DNA of 64,000 nt from Desulfobacterales bacterium (GTDB lineage Bacteria > Desulfobacterota > Desulfobacteria > Desulfobacterales > UBA2174): positions 1,440,001 to 1,504,000 of the forward strand of contig CAXXWC010000021.1 of assembly GCA_963668645.2 (NCBI GenBank), written 5' to 3'. Shown one piece after another: positions 22,197-33,731 of this stretch. The notes beneath the pieces are model-generated. The model searched no databases, had not been told where the DNA came from, and saw nothing but the letters and a program-made list of their open reading frames with translations. Numbering within the stretch: position 1 is the stretch's first letter; every line of letters starts with the position of its first letter. Both the position numbers and the translations under genes were made by a program.

Positions 22197-22991
22197 TCAG
22201 CTGAACATGCCGGCCCGGAAGGCCTTCAGGTAGTTCATGCAATAGCTGTCCTTGCCGGCAAGGGCTTCTGCGGCAATGATGTTTGCCATCATCTTTTCGT
22301 CCAGCGGATTGATGATCGCACCGTCCAGCCCCTTCGCAATGGCCATGGCCATGAAGGTCTGGTTCATGAACTTGCGCGCCGGCAGGCCGTAGCTGACGTT
22401 GGACAGCCCACAGGCCGTATGGATTTGCGGAAATGCGGCTATGATCTTTTCGATGGCGTTAATGAACCCCGCCCCAAAGGTATTGTCCACCGAAACCGGC
22501 TGCACCAGCGGATCCACGAAAATATTTTCTATCTTTACATTGTTTTTGAGCAGCCCGTTAACCAGTTCATCTACGATTTTCATCCGGTCGTCAACCGTCT
22601 TGGGCATGCCTGCATCGCTCATGCACAGGGCGATCACCTTCATGTCGGTTCCGGCGATGACAGGCATGATCATTTGATAGCGGTCTTTTTCCAGTGAAAT
22701 GGAATTAATCATGGGGATTCCCTGGTGAACGGACAGGGCTGCCTCGATCGCCGCCGGATCCGGACTGTCAATGGCACAAGGCCTGTCCGTCACCTGCTGA
22801 ACGCCTTTTACCATCCACTTGAGATATTCGGGCTCCCGGTCCACGAAGACGCCCGCATTGACATCGATGTAATGGGCCCCGGCATCGGCCTGGTCCCTGG
22901 CTACCTTCTGGATCGTCTCGATGTCCTGTGCTTCGATGGCCGACCTAATCGCTTTGCGGCTGGCGTTGATCAATTCGCCGATGATGATCAT
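22197..22991 (-). CDS. Methyl-corrinoid:tetrahydrofolate methyltransferase (AcsE/MT2-like, pterin-binding barrel)
   Basis: IIGELIN, IDVNAG, IDS, INSIS, DPL, GLSNVSYGLPAR. Confidence 0.92.
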   Translation of the reverse strand: MIIIGELINASRKAIRSAIEAQDIETIQKVARDQADAGAHYIDVNAGVFVDREPEYLKWMVKGVQQVTDRPCAIDSPDPAAIEAALSVHQGIPMINSISLEKDRYQMIMPVIAGTDMKVIALCMSDAGMPKTVDDRMKIVDELVNGLLKNNVKIENIFVDPLVQPVSVDNTFGAGFINAIEKIIAAFPQIHTACGLSNVSYGLPARKFMNQTFMAMAIAKGLDGAIINPLDEKMMANIIAAEALAGKDSYCMNYLKAFRAGMFS

Positions 22992-23198
22992 CTTGAACTC
23001 CTGTTGCTGTGATCAAGGAGCCTGGCCCTGCCCCGCCTTATTGCGGATCTCCGGCCGAGTGCCTCCCACTTCGAGCGTCAAGGGTCTTCATGGCTATCGA
23101 GATTGTCAGGCACCCACCATTCGGGCCCCATTTTCCCCAAACGCGCCTGACCGGGCCTCCTTCAGTTGAAACGGTCCGCCATGAAGCGACAAGAATGC

Positions 23199-23837
23199 TC
23201 ACTGACAATGCAGCAGCTCTTTTACCCGGTCTACTGCCTCGGCCGCATTTCCGGCGAATCCGTCGGCATGAATGCTGTCCGCGTATCCCTGAGTCACAGG
23301 AGCCCCGCCGATCAGCACTTTGACATTCTCCCGCACACCGGCCTCCTTCAATGCCTCAATCGTCTCTTTCATGGCGGGCAAGGTAGTAGTCAGCAGGGCG
23401 GAAAGGCCAAGAAATTGCGGTTTATGCTCGACCACCGCCTTGACGAATTTTGCCGGTTCAAGGTCGACTCCAAGATCGATGACCTGACATCCGGCGCCTT
23501 CCAGCATGATTCCCACCAGGTTTTTGCCGATATCGTGCATATCCCCCTTGACCGTTCCGATGACCACAGTGGCCAAGATTTCCAATTTTTCATTCAATAA
23601 CAATGGTTTGATTATTTCGAGGCCGGACTTCATGGCCTTTGCCGCCATCAGCATTTCGGGAACATAAATCTCATTTTCCTTGAACTTCTCGCCGACGATA
23701 GCCATCGCCTCGATAAGCCCCTGCTGGATAATCTCGCCGGGGGCAAAGCCATCGTTGAGCAACTGGCGGATCGTATGGACGGCAAGTTCCGAATTTCCTG
23801 AAATGGTGGCCTCTTTGACAGTTTCAATTCCGGGCAT
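23199..23837 (-). CDS. Corrinoid (B12-binding) protein
   Basis: GTVKGDMHDIGKNLV, DLGVD, SALLTTT, IGGAP. Confidence 0.95.
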   Translation of the reverse strand: MPGIETVKEATISGNSELAVHTIRQLLNDGFAPGEIIQQGLIEAMAIVGEKFKENEIYVPEMLMAAKAMKSGLEIIKPLLLNEKLEILATVVIGTVKGDMHDIGKNLVGIMLEGAGCQVIDLGVDLEPAKFVKAVVEHKPQFLGLSALLTTTLPAMKETIEALKEAGVRENVKVLIGGAPVTQGYADSIHADGFAGNAAEAVDRVKELLHCQ

Positions 23838-23881
23838 CGACGCACTCCTTCTCGATTATGCAACAGACTGTTTTTTTGTTC

Positions 23882-25177
23882 TTAAAATCCCTTAGCGAAC
23901 AAGAAGTCCGGTAGGGTTGTCACGATCGGCGGGAAAATGGTAATCAATATCAACACCACGAACAGAGGAACCAGAAATGGAAGTGTGGCCCAGATCACCC
24001 GCTCGAAGGCAAGACCTGAAAATCGCGACATGACAAACAGCACCACACCGAAGGGGGGTGTCAGCAAGCCGATCATCAGGTTCAGGACCATTACCACCCC
24101 GAAATGGATGGGATCGATTCCTAGTTTGCTGATCACCGGCATCAACACAGGGCCGAGGATAAGAATTGCACAGGTCGGCTCGAGGAAACAGCCTACGATA
24201 AGAAGAAAAACATTCATGGCCAAAAGAATTACCAAAGGATTGGTACTCATCCCAGCAATGCTTTCGGCAAGACTGAGGGTCAGCCCTGAACGGCAAAGCA
24301 GCCAGCCATAAAAGTTCGCAGCACAGATGATAAAGCCGATGGCAGCCGTCTCCTTTGTCGTCTCGATGAATACTTCGCCCAGTTTTTTGAGACCGAACTC
24401 CCGGTATACGATTCCGCCCAGAAACAACGCGTAAGCCACGGCGACCGCTGCCGCCTCGGTGGGCGTAAAATAGCCGGTCCAGATTCCCCCCAACAAAATG
24501 ATCGGCGTCAGCAGCGGGAATAGAGCATGGAAAAAGCTCACTGCAAGGGCAGCGATCCCAGGAAAGACACTCCGGGGATAATTTTTCCGCTTGGCATACC
24601 AGGCGATCATGATCATCAACATGGCGGTCATTAAAAGACCGGGAACGACGCCGGCCAGGAAAAGACGGCCGACCGACACCTCGGCAACCAACCCGAATAC
24701 CACCATGGGTATGCTTGGCGGGAAAATCGGCCCGATCGTTGCCGAAGCGGCAGTTACTGCAACGCTGAACTCGGTGTCATATCCTTCGTCCTTCATTGCC
24801 TTTAGTTCAATCTGGCCCAGCCCGGCGGCGTCCACTACTGCAGCCCCAGACATTCCGGAAAAAATCAAGCTTGCCACCGTGTTGGCGTGGCCGAGTCCAC
24901 CGGGCAGGAAACCGACCAGATTTTTCGCAAAATTAAAAATTCTGTTGGTAATTCCCGATGTGTTCATCAACTTGGCGGCCAGGATAAACAAAGGAATTGC
25001 CAGCAGAAGAAAATTATTGACCCCGTACATCATCCGCTGGGGAAGGATATACATGTTGGCGCGGCTCCCCAGTTCGGCAAAATATCCGATGAGACCCGTA
25101 ATTCCGATCGAAAAGCCGACCGGAATACCGATTGCAAAAAGGATGATCAGCCCCACGGAAATTATAAAGATAATCAT
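23882..25177 (-). CDS. TRAP transporter large permease (DctM)
   Basis: LLAIPLF, FSGMSG, PIFPPSIPM, TPTEA, GLLTPPFG. Confidence 0.95.
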   Translation of the reverse strand: MIIFIISVGLIILFAIGIPVGFSIGITGLIGYFAELGSRANMYILPQRMMYGVNNFLLLAIPLFILAAKLMNTSGITNRIFNFAKNLVGFLPGGLGHANTVASLIFSGMSGAAVVDAAGLGQIELKAMKDEGYDTEFSVAVTAASATIGPIFPPSIPMVVFGLVAEVSVGRLFLAGVVPGLLMTAMLMIMIAWYAKRKNYPRSVFPGIAALAVSFFHALFPLLTPIILLGGIWTGYFTPTEAAAVAVAYALFLGGIVYREFGLKKLGEVFIETTKETAAIGFIICAANFYGWLLCRSGLTLSLAESIAGMSTNPLVILLAMNVFLLIVGCFLEPTCAILILGPVLMPVISKLGIDPIHFGVVMVLNLMIGLLTPPFGVVLFVMSRFSGLAFERVIWATLPFLVPLFVVLILITIFPPIVTTLPDFLFAKGF

Positions 25178-25647
25178 TTTGCATCTCCTGACTGAGAATA
25201 TTTCGCCCGGAAAACATTGCGCAGCAGACTACAGGAAAGGTACCATATCATCAGCATTCCACTTATCAGCATGCCCAAATAGACGTATCCGAGGCGAACC
25301 CAGGCGACCGTGGGAGCAAACGTATTCCATTGGCGAATCATATTTAAGTAACTGCCCCAACTCATTATCGCCACAAAGGGAAGGACGATTACAATGATAA
25401 TGATCCTGAGAATTCTTCCGGCCCTGGGCCCTATCCGATCAGAAATGACACCGATACGTATGTGTTCGTCATCGGCCGTGAGCGTTGCGGCTCCCAGGAA
25501 GACAATCCAGACAAACAGGAACCGAGCCATCTCTTCGGACCACACCGTCGCATCGCCGGGAATAAAGCGCGCTATTATCTGCCAAAAAGTGATCAGAAAC
25601 ATCACGGCCAGCAGTATCCCGTTGAACCCATCTATGTATCTCTTCAT
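25174..25647 (-). CDS. TRAP transporter small permease (DctQ)
   Basis: WSEEMARFLFVW..FLGA...HI; 4 TM. Confidence 0.92.
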   Translation of the reverse strand: MKRYIDGFNGILLAVMFLITFWQIIARFIPGDATVWSEEMARFLFVWIVFLGAATLTADDEHIRIGVISDRIGPRAGRILRIIIIVIVLPFVAIMSWGSYLNMIRQWNTFAPTVAWVRLGYVYLGMLISGMLMIWYLSCSLLRNVFRAKYSQSGDAK

Positions 25648-25744
25648 ATCTATATCCTGGGTGCAGTTTCACATTTCAGCCACAAAAGGACAGCGGTAAA
25701 ACATGAAACTGCACTCGTCTCCGGGTTGGAATCTGTATTCGGGT

Positions 25745-26740
25745 CTATTTTATGTCCCTGATTCTCTCGTATAATCCCGGAACCCAGAACTCTTTTGACA
25801 ACCTTTCCAGGGTTGGCCCCACTGCTTTGATGAACGCCTCCTTGTCCGGCTCGATGATAATCATTCCCTTTTCGGCCAGCTTTTTCTTGAATTCCACATC
25901 CGCCTTCAACGACAAATCGTTCGCGTAGGTGGCTGCATCTTTCATCGCCCCCATCACGAGCTTCTGTTCATCTTCTTTTAAGGTATCAAACCACAACTTG
26001 GATATTTCATACTTGGCTACGCCGTGGAGATGCTCGGTAAGAATGAGGTATTTCTGATTCTCATAGAATTTCAGGGAATAGATCGACGCAGCCGGATTTT
26101 CCTGGGCTTCGGCGACGCCGGTTTTCAGCGCCATATACACTTCTTGGAAAGGAACCACCGTCGGGCGGGCACCCAGCGATTTCCATACTTCGACCCAGGG
26201 TTTGAACTCCGGAAGCCGCAGCTTCAATCCGTTGAGATCCGCGGGAGTTTTGACGGGTTTGTTAGTTGTCAGGTTTCTGGCACCCCGGTAGACGATCCCA
26301 CCAACGATGACATTGTCTCTTTTCAGCAAGACATCGTTTATTTCCTTTCCGAGGGGACCGTTCCAGAATTTCCAGAGGTGGTCCACATCTCTGATGACAT
26401 AAGGAACATCATAACAGAGGTATTCGGGATGGAATATCGAGATGTCCCCGGAACCCATGGCCGCGGTCTCAACGCTACCGGAACTGAGCGCTTCAAAGAT
26501 ATCCCGTTCACCTCCCATTGATCCGAGAAGGTGAATAAAAACTTCCATTTCTCCGTTGCTTCGCTTTTCAACCAGTTCTTTAAACTTTTCCAAGCCATAA
26601 TGTACCGGATTTCCAGGGCCGTAACTGGAAGCCATGTTGATTCTCATCTTTGCCGTTGCGTGAAGAGGAACAAAAAAAATTCCCGCGATGGCAGCCGCAA
26701 TGATCCAGATTTTTATCTTACTGTTCACAAGCACCTCCAT
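25745..26740 (-). CDS. TRAP substrate-binding protein (DctP)
   Basis: Signal peptide; GLKLR (conserved carboxylate-binding Arg), EVYMALKTGVAEAQEN. Confidence 0.93.
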   Translation of the reverse strand: MEVLVNSKIKIWIIAAAIAGIFFVPLHATAKMRINMASSYGPGNPVHYGLEKFKELVEKRSNGEMEVFIHLLGSMGGERDIFEALSSGSVETAAMGSGDISIFHPEYLCYDVPYVIRDVDHLWKFWNGPLGKEINDVLLKRDNVIVGGIVYRGARNLTTNKPVKTPADLNGLKLRLPEFKPWVEVWKSLGARPTVVPFQEVYMALKTGVAEAQENPAASIYSLKFYENQKYLILTEHLHGVAKYEISKLWFDTLKEDEQKLVMGAMKDAATYANDLSLKADVEFKKKLAEKGMIIIEPDKEAFIKAVGPTLERLSKEFWVPGLYERIRDIK

Positions 26741-26857
26741 TATGACCGGGAGTTTTGAGAGGGATCCTTTTTCGATGCCGGTCGGTTTTAGTCTATCTAA
26801 AAAGATTCAATTTTAAACAATGCGGACTAATGATCCGCTTATCCAAAAACAAATGTA

Positions 26858-27889
26858 TTATAGGTCGATTGGATATCGTCCGTATTTTTTCACCGCTTTC
26901 GACATAGCCATGACACACTCCGGATCCAGATATGAAGCCAGGCTGTTTCCACTGGTAAGAATATACCCACCGCCTGGTGCAACGTTTTTGATGAGATATT
27001 GAACCTCCTTTTCTGTTTCTTCCGGCGTACCGGCTCCCAGAATATTAAGATCGACGTTACCAAGCAGACATACACGATCTGCATATGCCTTCTTGACCGC
27101 CACGATGTCCATTGCTCCATTTTCCATCGGATGAAACCCCGCCACCCCCAAGTCGATAAAAATATCCATCGCTTTGGAAATATTTCCATCACTGTGCAGG
27201 ATCCAAGGAAGGGTCAATTTATCCAACACCTTGCGATATCTTGGCACCAACAGTTGTTCGAAAACCTTCGGAGAAAACATCAGGCCGGATTTGTAGGCAA
27301 AATCATCCGTAGTCCAAAAGACATCAAAGCCGATCTTGTTCATTCGCTCGGCGACAACAGCCGTCCAGTCGAAATACATATCGAGCATTTTTTCCACCAT
27401 TGCAGGCTTCTCATAAAGCGCCATGGAAAAACCCTCGATTCCAAGTCCCAACATGACCTGCAAAAAGCCTATGCGCGTCACCCAACAGGCTGCAAAATCT
27501 TCCTTCCCGGCGACGAACTCCTCCGCACCGCGGTAGAGGGCATCATCATACGGATCCGGCAAATCGATCATTGCAAGATCCGCCTCCGTTTTGATCATTC
27601 CCCCGCCGACAAAGGTTCTCCCGTCCTGTCCGGTATGCATGTGGGCGTAGGTGGGCGCGCGGAGTATGTAGTTGACGTTGTCCAATCCAAGATGGCGAGA
27701 GATCATCTTGGCCTCTTCCACTGTGTAGGGATTTTCGGTCCTGCTGCTGGTACCGATATCCGCATCTGCCTGTGTGTTCAGCAGTTTCTCGGCAAACCCC
27801 TTATCGACCGCCAGTTCACAATACGGCACCTTGTCGGGCTCTTTACGAGCAAGAGCGGTGAGCACTCGTTCTCTGGATGTCATCGACAT
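26858..27889 (-). CDS. UroD/MtaA-CmuA family protein, probable substrate:corrinoid methyltransferase
   Basis: MTSRERV..EPDKVP, DDFA, HSDGN, GNVD, GGGYIL; in an operon with the corrinoid protein. Confidence 0.85.
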   Translation of the reverse strand: MSMTSRERVLTALARKEPDKVPYCELAVDKGFAEKLLNTQADADIGTSSRTENPYTVEEAKMISRHLGLDNVNYILRAPTYAHMHTGQDGRTFVGGGMIKTEADLAMIDLPDPYDDALYRGAEEFVAGKEDFAACWVTRIGFLQVMLGLGIEGFSMALYEKPAMVEKMLDMYFDWTAVVAERMNKIGFDVFWTTDDFAYKSGLMFSPKVFEQLLVPRYRKVLDKLTLPWILHSDGNISKAMDIFIDLGVAGFHPMENGAMDIVAVKKAYADRVCLLGNVDLNILGAGTPEETEKEVQYLIKNVAPGGGYILTSGNSLASYLDPECVMAMSKAVKKYGRYPIDL

Positions 27890-28710
27890 AATGCGTAACC
27901 TCGGCTTAATGAAATTTAAAAATGCGTTTCATCACGTCATCCGCCCCCGGGCAACGAGTCCATCGAGTTCGGCGTATACGTATGCGCGTCAATGATCGCC
28001 GGAATAAAACCACACACCGGGGCACTTCATCGAACAGCGGCGAAATGACCTGAAAGCCGTACCCGGACCGACTCTGCGCCATCTTGCTTCCACCCCCTTT
28101 CAAAAAAGCCGTCTTTTGGCGATTCAGCCTGGGCCCTTGAAGCACATGCCTCTTTGCCTATGCCATATAATAATTTGATATGATAAGCTGACAATTAAGT
28201 CAACCCGTTTTTTTCTTTCAACCGCTCCTGCCACACATAGGCCGGCACCGGGCGCCATCACCCCCGAAGCGGACCATCCCTATTCGCAGTCTCATAGTGA
28301 TTTGGCAACGATTCACTGCCGCGGACTAAAAATTTCGACGCCAGGAAAAAGGTTGGGGAGGTTCCCGGTGACAGACGATCACCTCCCCCGGTTTCTGCGC
28401 GCTCCGGCCTCTGTCCAATCGGGCCATTATCACCCGTGTCGCTTCATGCCAAACACCGGTCCCCTGCGCAGTCTGCCTTTCCACGGGGATCTCGTTACCC
28501 CTGCCGTAAAAAATAATATATTGATATTATTTAATTTTATCACGTCACAGACCTTTGCCAACGACAACATGTACAAATAGTTCGGGTCCACTCCAAAAAT
28601 GCATTGATAATATGATAAACATATTATACTATGATGACTTGATAAGTTGATAAGGTATTCGCCCGGGTCAGGGACCATTCTATTTCCGCTTTTTTACCAA
28701 TAAGGAGTTA

Positions 28711-30399
28711 ATGCGGATGACAACCAGAAGTCAGCAGATCTTGTCCAGGCCAGAATGGTGCATCAATAGATCTTATTACAAGTCCATGGGGTACGCGGAC
28801 AGCAGTCTGGATCGACCCATTATCGGTATCGCCAACGCCTGGAGCACCACCGTTCCAGGTCACAGCAACCTTCGCCAGGTGGCCGAATCGGTAAAGGCCG
28901 GCATCTGGAGCAGCGGCGGGACACCTGTCGAATTCGGTGTCGCTGGCGCCTGTGACGGAATCGCCGAAGGTCACGAAGGGATGCGCTACATTCTGCCGAC
29001 CCGCGACATCATCGCCCACAGCATTGAACTGATGGTTCAGGCACACCGATATGACGGGATCGTTCTACTCGGCTCTTGCGATAAGACGGTCCCGGGGATG
29101 TTGATGGCCGCAGCCCAGCTCGATCTACCGGCGATCCTGGTCAACGGCGGGCCGATGCTCGGAGGGCCCGTCATAGACAATCGAAAAGCGGACACGACTT
29201 CTATCCTGGAAGGGCTAGGCCGACTGCACGCAGGCAAAATCGAGACCGCAGAACTCGTTAAGATGGAAGACCTCTGCGCCCCTACCTGCGGCTCCTGTTC
29301 CTTTTTGGGCACGGCCAACACGATGTGCTGCATCGCCGAAGCCTTAGGCCTCTCTTTGACGGGTAGCGCCATGATTCCCGCAACCCATTCACGACGTTTG
29401 CATTCGGCCTTTGCCAGCGGGGAGGCAATCGTTGATCTGGTCAAAAAGGATATCCACGCTCGCCGGATTATCACCGCAGAATCGATTGAAAATGCTGTGC
29501 GACTGACATCCGCCATCGGCGGCTCCACGAATGCCGCCCTACATATTCCCGCAATTGCCCGTGAAGCCGGCCTCACCTTCAGCATCGACCTGTTCGACGC
29601 GATTAGCCGCTCGACGCCTTTGATTGCAAAAATGAACCCTGCGGCGTCGGCCAATGTCATCGATTTTTACGAGTCGGGGGGCGTACCCGTGGTCATGGCG
29701 GAATTGTTACCGATTCTGCATCCGGATGTGCTCACGGTGACCGGGCAGACGATGAAAACAAACCTGAAAGGATACCAATCTCCAGATAACGAGGTCATTA
29801 AGACCTACTCCCGGCCCTTTAACAAAACCGGCGGATTGGCTGTCCTCTACGGCAATCTGGCGCCTCAATCGGCCATCACCAAGCCGGCGGCGATCGCGCC
29901 GGAAATGCTGACATTTAAAGGACCCGCCAGGGTCTTCGACAGCGAGCAGGAGGCAAACAAGGCTATTTTGCACAATAAGATCAAAGCCGGAGACGTCGTT
30001 GTTATCCGCTACGAAGGCCCCAAGGGCGGCCCCGGGATGCCCGAGATGTTCAAGGCCATGAAATTGCTTCATGGACTGGGGCTGGGGGAAAAGGTGGCGC
30101 TCATCACGGATGGACGTTTTTCCGGAACCAACAACGGATGCTTCATTGGTCACATCTCTCCTGAAGCCATGGAGGGCGGACCGATCGCCTTGGTCCAGGA
30201 AAACGATCTGATTACGATCGACATCCCTGGCAAGAATCTGACTCTGGAAATCAGTGAACAGGAACTTGACGAACGCCGAACGCGTTGGCATCAGCCCACC
30301 AACCGGGTCACAAGCGGATATCTGAGCCTTTATAGTCGTCTAGCATCATCGGCGGCCACGGGCGCCGTAATTTCAGCGGAACCGCCAGCGGCCAAATAA
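28711..30399 (+). CDS. ilvD: IlvD/Edd family dihydroxy-acid dehydratase
   Basis: [46 protein letters not shown]. Confidence 0.92.
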   Translation: MRMTTRSQQILSRPEWCINRSYYKSMGYADSSLDRPIIGIANAWSTTVPGHSNLRQVAESVKAGIWSSGGTPVEFGVAGACDGIAEGHEGMRYILPTRDIIAHSIELMVQAHRYDGIVLLGSCDKTVPGMLMAAAQLDLPAILVNGGPMLGGPVIDNRKADTTSILEGLGRLHAGKIETAELVKMEDLCAPTCGSCSFLGTANTMCCIAEALGLSLTGSAMIPATHSRRLHSAFASGEAIVDLVKKDIHARRIITAESIENAVRLTSAIGGSTNAALHIPAIAREAGLTFSIDLFDAISRSTPLIAKMNPAASANVIDFYESGGVPVVMAELLPILHPDVLTVTGQTMKTNLKGYQSPDNEVIKTYSRPFNKTGGLAVLYGNLAPQSAITKPAAIAPEMLTFKGPARVFDSEQEANKAILHNKIKAGDVVVIRYEGPKGGPGMPEMFKAMKLLHGLGLGEKVALITDGRFSGTNNGCFIGHISPEAMEGGPIALVQENDLITIDIPGKNLTLEISEQELDERRTRWHQPTNRVTSGYLSLYSRLASSAATGAVISAEPPAAK

Positions 30400-30452
30400 T
30401 ACGCCGTCTTGAACTTGTTCTTCCACTCAAGGCCCAACATCAGGAGGTAATA

Positions 30453-31325
30453 ATGAGAAGCAAAAAGCCATCGATCTTCGATCTGTATCAGATGAAGGCT
30501 CAAAACGAGAAAATTTCCTGGCTGACCGCCTATGATTACCCAACGGCCCAGTTTGCCCAGGCGGCGGGCCTGGAGATGATTCTGGTTGGAGACAGTCTGG
30601 GAATGTGCGTTTACGGCTACAACGGTACAGCACCTGTGACCATGAACCAGTGCATTGCACACAGCGAGGCGGTACGCCGCGGTGCGCCCAATTGCTTCGT
30701 GGTGGGAGATATGCCGCTCGGAAGCTACCAGACTTCGGACGTACAGGCGGTGGACAACGCCATCCGCTTTCTTAAAGAAGCCGATGTGGACGCTATCAAA
30801 CTCGAGGGGGGCGTTCGGGTGGCCGAACGCATCCGGGCCATCACCCAGGCCGGAATCAACGTGATCGGCCACATCGGGTTAACCCCGCAAAGTTCTGGAC
30901 AATTGGGCGGACACAAGGCGCAGGGGCGCACCGCCGAAAGCGCCAAAATGGTCGTGGCTGACGCTTTCGCAGTCCAAGAAGCCGGCGCCAAAATGCTTCT
31001 GATTGAGGCCGTACCGCCTGAAGTGACAGACTATATCTGGAAGCATCTGACGATTCCGGTCATGTCGATCGGTGCCGGTCCCTACTGCGACGGTCAACTG
31101 CTGATCGTCAGCGACCTGATCGGACAATTCCAGGCATTCACACCTAAATTTGTCAAAAAGTATTGCAATGTCGCAGAAACTATCACCAAGGCAATGGCCG
31201 ATTACGTCGCGGAAGTCAAAACATCAGTTTTTCCCGATGCCGAGCGGTATTGCTACAAAATGGTTGATGGACAATTCACCAAGTTCTTGGAGTTGATGGA
31301 CTCAAAATGGAATTCTGCCGACTGA
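30453..31325 (+). CDS. panB: Ketopantoate hydroxymethyltransferase family
   Basis: LTAYD, LVGDSLGM, DMP, KLEGG, GHIGLTPQ, IGAG..CDGQ, PKFVK. Confidence 0.93.
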   Translation: MRSKKPSIFDLYQMKAQNEKISWLTAYDYPTAQFAQAAGLEMILVGDSLGMCVYGYNGTAPVTMNQCIAHSEAVRRGAPNCFVVGDMPLGSYQTSDVQAVDNAIRFLKEADVDAIKLEGGVRVAERIRAITQAGINVIGHIGLTPQSSGQLGGHKAQGRTAESAKMVVADAFAVQEAGAKMLLIEAVPPEVTDYIWKHLTIPVMSIGAGPYCDGQLLIVSDLIGQFQAFTPKFVKKYCNVAETITKAMADYVAEVKTSVFPDAERYCYKMVDGQFTKFLELMDSKWNSAD

Positions 31326-31509
31326 CAAAGCCACTATAAAACAGGACGCCAAACTTAGCGACGGCCTTCCGGTATACCGGGGTGGTTCGAACGAAAATAA
31401 CTCAACCGAAATCGCCCAATTACATCCCGCATGCGAAATTAATGACGGCCTGTAGCCTGCCGGAATCATCTTCGGAAAGTCTTCGAAGATGGTTCCGAAG
31501 GAACGAACA

Positions 31510-32826
31510 ATGAATATCCCCGAACTATCACAGATTCAACAGACATACGACCATCCTAAAATAAAAGATATCGCCACCGAAATCCGGCATCTGTTTTCAC
31601 AGTACCGACTGTCTTCGAAAATCAAGATGGGGGACAAGATCGCAATTACTGCAGGCAGCCGGGGGATTTCAAATATCGTTGCGATATTGTCTGCAGTCGT
31701 GGAAGAGGTAAAACGCTGTGGCGGCTGTCCGTTTCTTGTCACTGCCATGGGCAGCCATGGGGGCGGTACGGCAGAGGGGCAGAAAAGAATACTCTCTGCA
31801 CTAGGAATAACTGAACAAGCGGTCGGAGCGCCGATTAAAGCGACGATGGATGTCGTTGAAATCGGGCGCACCGGATACGGGACTCCGGTATACATCGACA
31901 CCTACTCGAATCAGGCAGCCGGCATCATCGTTGTCAACCGTGTAAAAAAGCATACCGAACAGCACAACACCACTGAAAGTGGTTTAATGAAGATCATGAC
32001 GATAGGGCTTGGAAAGCAAAAACAGGCAGAACTCGTACATTCATACGGTGTATGGGGACTGGTCCATCTTATCCCGGCCAGCGCAGATGTAATTCTTAAA
32101 AATAAGAACATTATTGCAGGTATCGGAATCGTCGAAAACGCATTGGATGAGACTGCTGTAATCGATGTTCTGGCGCCTGAAGATTTCCCGGAAAAAGAGA
32201 AAATTCTATTCAAAAAATCCCAGGAACTGTATCCCTGGTTTCCCTTTCGAACCCTGGATGTGCTTATTGTCAACCAAATAGGGAAAAATATCTCCGGCAC
32301 ATGCATGGATGCCAACTTGATCGGCCGCATGGGTGTCTGGGGCTTGGCGGACCCGGAAAAAGTATACGCAACGGGTGGAACTAAATTCATATCCACCCTC
32401 ATTGAACATATCGTCGCCCTGAATCTTACCGATGAAAGCAACGGAAACGCGATCGGTGTCGGTCAGGCCGATGTCATAACGGAAAAACTGTATAACAAGA
32501 TTGACTTAGAAAAAACATACAACAACGTTATTACTTCGAGCTTTCTTGGCAAGGGGAAAATTCCCTTGATTGCTCAAAATGATCGCGAAGCAATCAAGAT
32601 CGCTTTGAACGCTCTCAATGGACTCATGTTGCTGGAAGGCAAAAAAAACGACGACAATGTCAAGGTGTGTTTGATAGAAAGCACCCTGCACAGAGGCAGG
32701 ATGTGGATATCGAGAGGGCTGGAGCCGGAATTGCGTCAAAGAAACGACATCACGTTTATACGGGGCTATCAACCGGTTCCATTCGATGAACACGGCGATT
32801 TACGGCTGGAGAAAGGAACTTCATAG
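31510..32826 (+). CDS. Lactate-racemase-domain (LarA-like/DUF2088) protein
   Basis: [51 protein letters not shown]. Confidence 0.75.
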   Translation: MNIPELSQIQQTYDHPKIKDIATEIRHLFSQYRLSSKIKMGDKIAITAGSRGISNIVAILSAVVEEVKRCGGCPFLVTAMGSHGGGTAEGQKRILSALGITEQAVGAPIKATMDVVEIGRTGYGTPVYIDTYSNQAAGIIVVNRVKKHTEQHNTTESGLMKIMTIGLGKQKQAELVHSYGVWGLVHLIPASADVILKNKNIIAGIGIVENALDETAVIDVLAPEDFPEKEKILFKKSQELYPWFPFRTLDVLIVNQIGKNISGTCMDANLIGRMGVWGLADPEKVYATGGTKFISTLIEHIVALNLTDESNGNAIGVGQADVITEKLYNKIDLEKTYNNVITSSFLGKGKIPLIAQNDREAIKIALNALNGLMLLEGKKNDDNVKVCLIESTLHRGRMWISRGLEPELRQRNDITFIRGYQPVPFDEHGDLRLEKGTS

Positions 32827-33596
32827 TGGTTTCACCCAAATGGCGGTTGGAAGGCAAGCGCGCCTTGGTCACCGGCGGAACAAAAGGCATCGGATTCGCT
32901 ATTGCCGAAGAAATATTGGAACTTGGCGGAGAGGTTTTTATCATTGCACGCGACGTGGAGCAGATTAAGACCTGCACAGATACATGGAAAAAGAAGGGAC
33001 ATAATGCCGCGGGAACGGCAGTGGATATCTCAAAACCACTTGAACTGCGTCAATTCTTCAAGCGACTTTCCGATCAGTGGGGATCGTTGGACATTTTAAT
33101 CAACAACGCCGGAATGAACATAAGAAAAAGGGCGGTTGACTATTCGGCCGAAGAGTACCGTTCGGTAGCCGAAATAAATTTGCACTCGACTTTCGAAACC
33201 TGCTGCCATGCCTATGCGCTTTTGAAAAATTCAGATTCGGCAGCGGTTGTGAACATTTTATCTGTAGCCGGCTTGACCCATCTTCGCACGGGAGCTCCCT
33301 ATGCAATGAGCAAAGCGGCAATCCACCAACTGACTAAAAATTTGGCAGTGGAATGGGCAAAAGACGGTATCCGTGTCAATGCGGTCGCGCCCTGGTACAC
33401 GCGGACCGCTTTCGTCGAACAATTGCTTCAAGATAAAAATTACAGGGAAGATATTCTCGCGAGAACACCTTTGGGCCGAACGGCAGAGCCGGCCGAAGTG
33501 GCATCGGCCGCCGTTTTTTTCTGTCTGCCTGCGGCCTCTTATATTACAGGCCAATGTCTGGCTGTGGACGGTGGATTTATGGTAAACGGATTTTAA
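32826..33596 (+). CDS. SDR oxidoreductase, tropinone reductase-like
   Basis: [32 protein letters not shown]. Confidence 0.92.
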   Translation: MVSPKWRLEGKRALVTGGTKGIGFAIAEEILELGGEVFIIARDVEQIKTCTDTWKKKGHNAAGTAVDISKPLELRQFFKRLSDQWGSLDILINNAGMNIRKRAVDYSAEEYRSVAEINLHSTFETCCHAYALLKNSDSAAVVNILSVAGLTHLRTGAPYAMSKAAIHQLTKNLAVEWAKDGIRVNAVAPWYTRTAFVEQLLQDKNYREDILARTPLGRTAEPAEVASAAVFFCLPAASYITGQCLAVDGGFMVNGF

Positions 33597-33731
33597 ACGC
33601 CGAGATGCCCACGGCTGAGTTTTACCAGTTTGACTTTCGGCTTTCATCGCAAAACCGAAAGCGGCATGAACTTTGAAAAGGGAAAAGGCCGATCCGTATC
33701 GGTCTAAATCGTTACCTGCAACAAACCGCCC

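Noticed and set aside
22197..27889. Pyrrolysine or selenocysteine recoding in the methyltransferases
   Set aside because: ORFs are full length with no in-frame TAG/TGA, and no MttB/MtbB/MtmB-type gene is present
27890..28710. Cobalamin or other riboswitch ahead of the corrinoid operon
   Set aside because: No B12-box or other recognisable conserved riboswitch motif found by eye on either strand; an Rfam scan would be definitive
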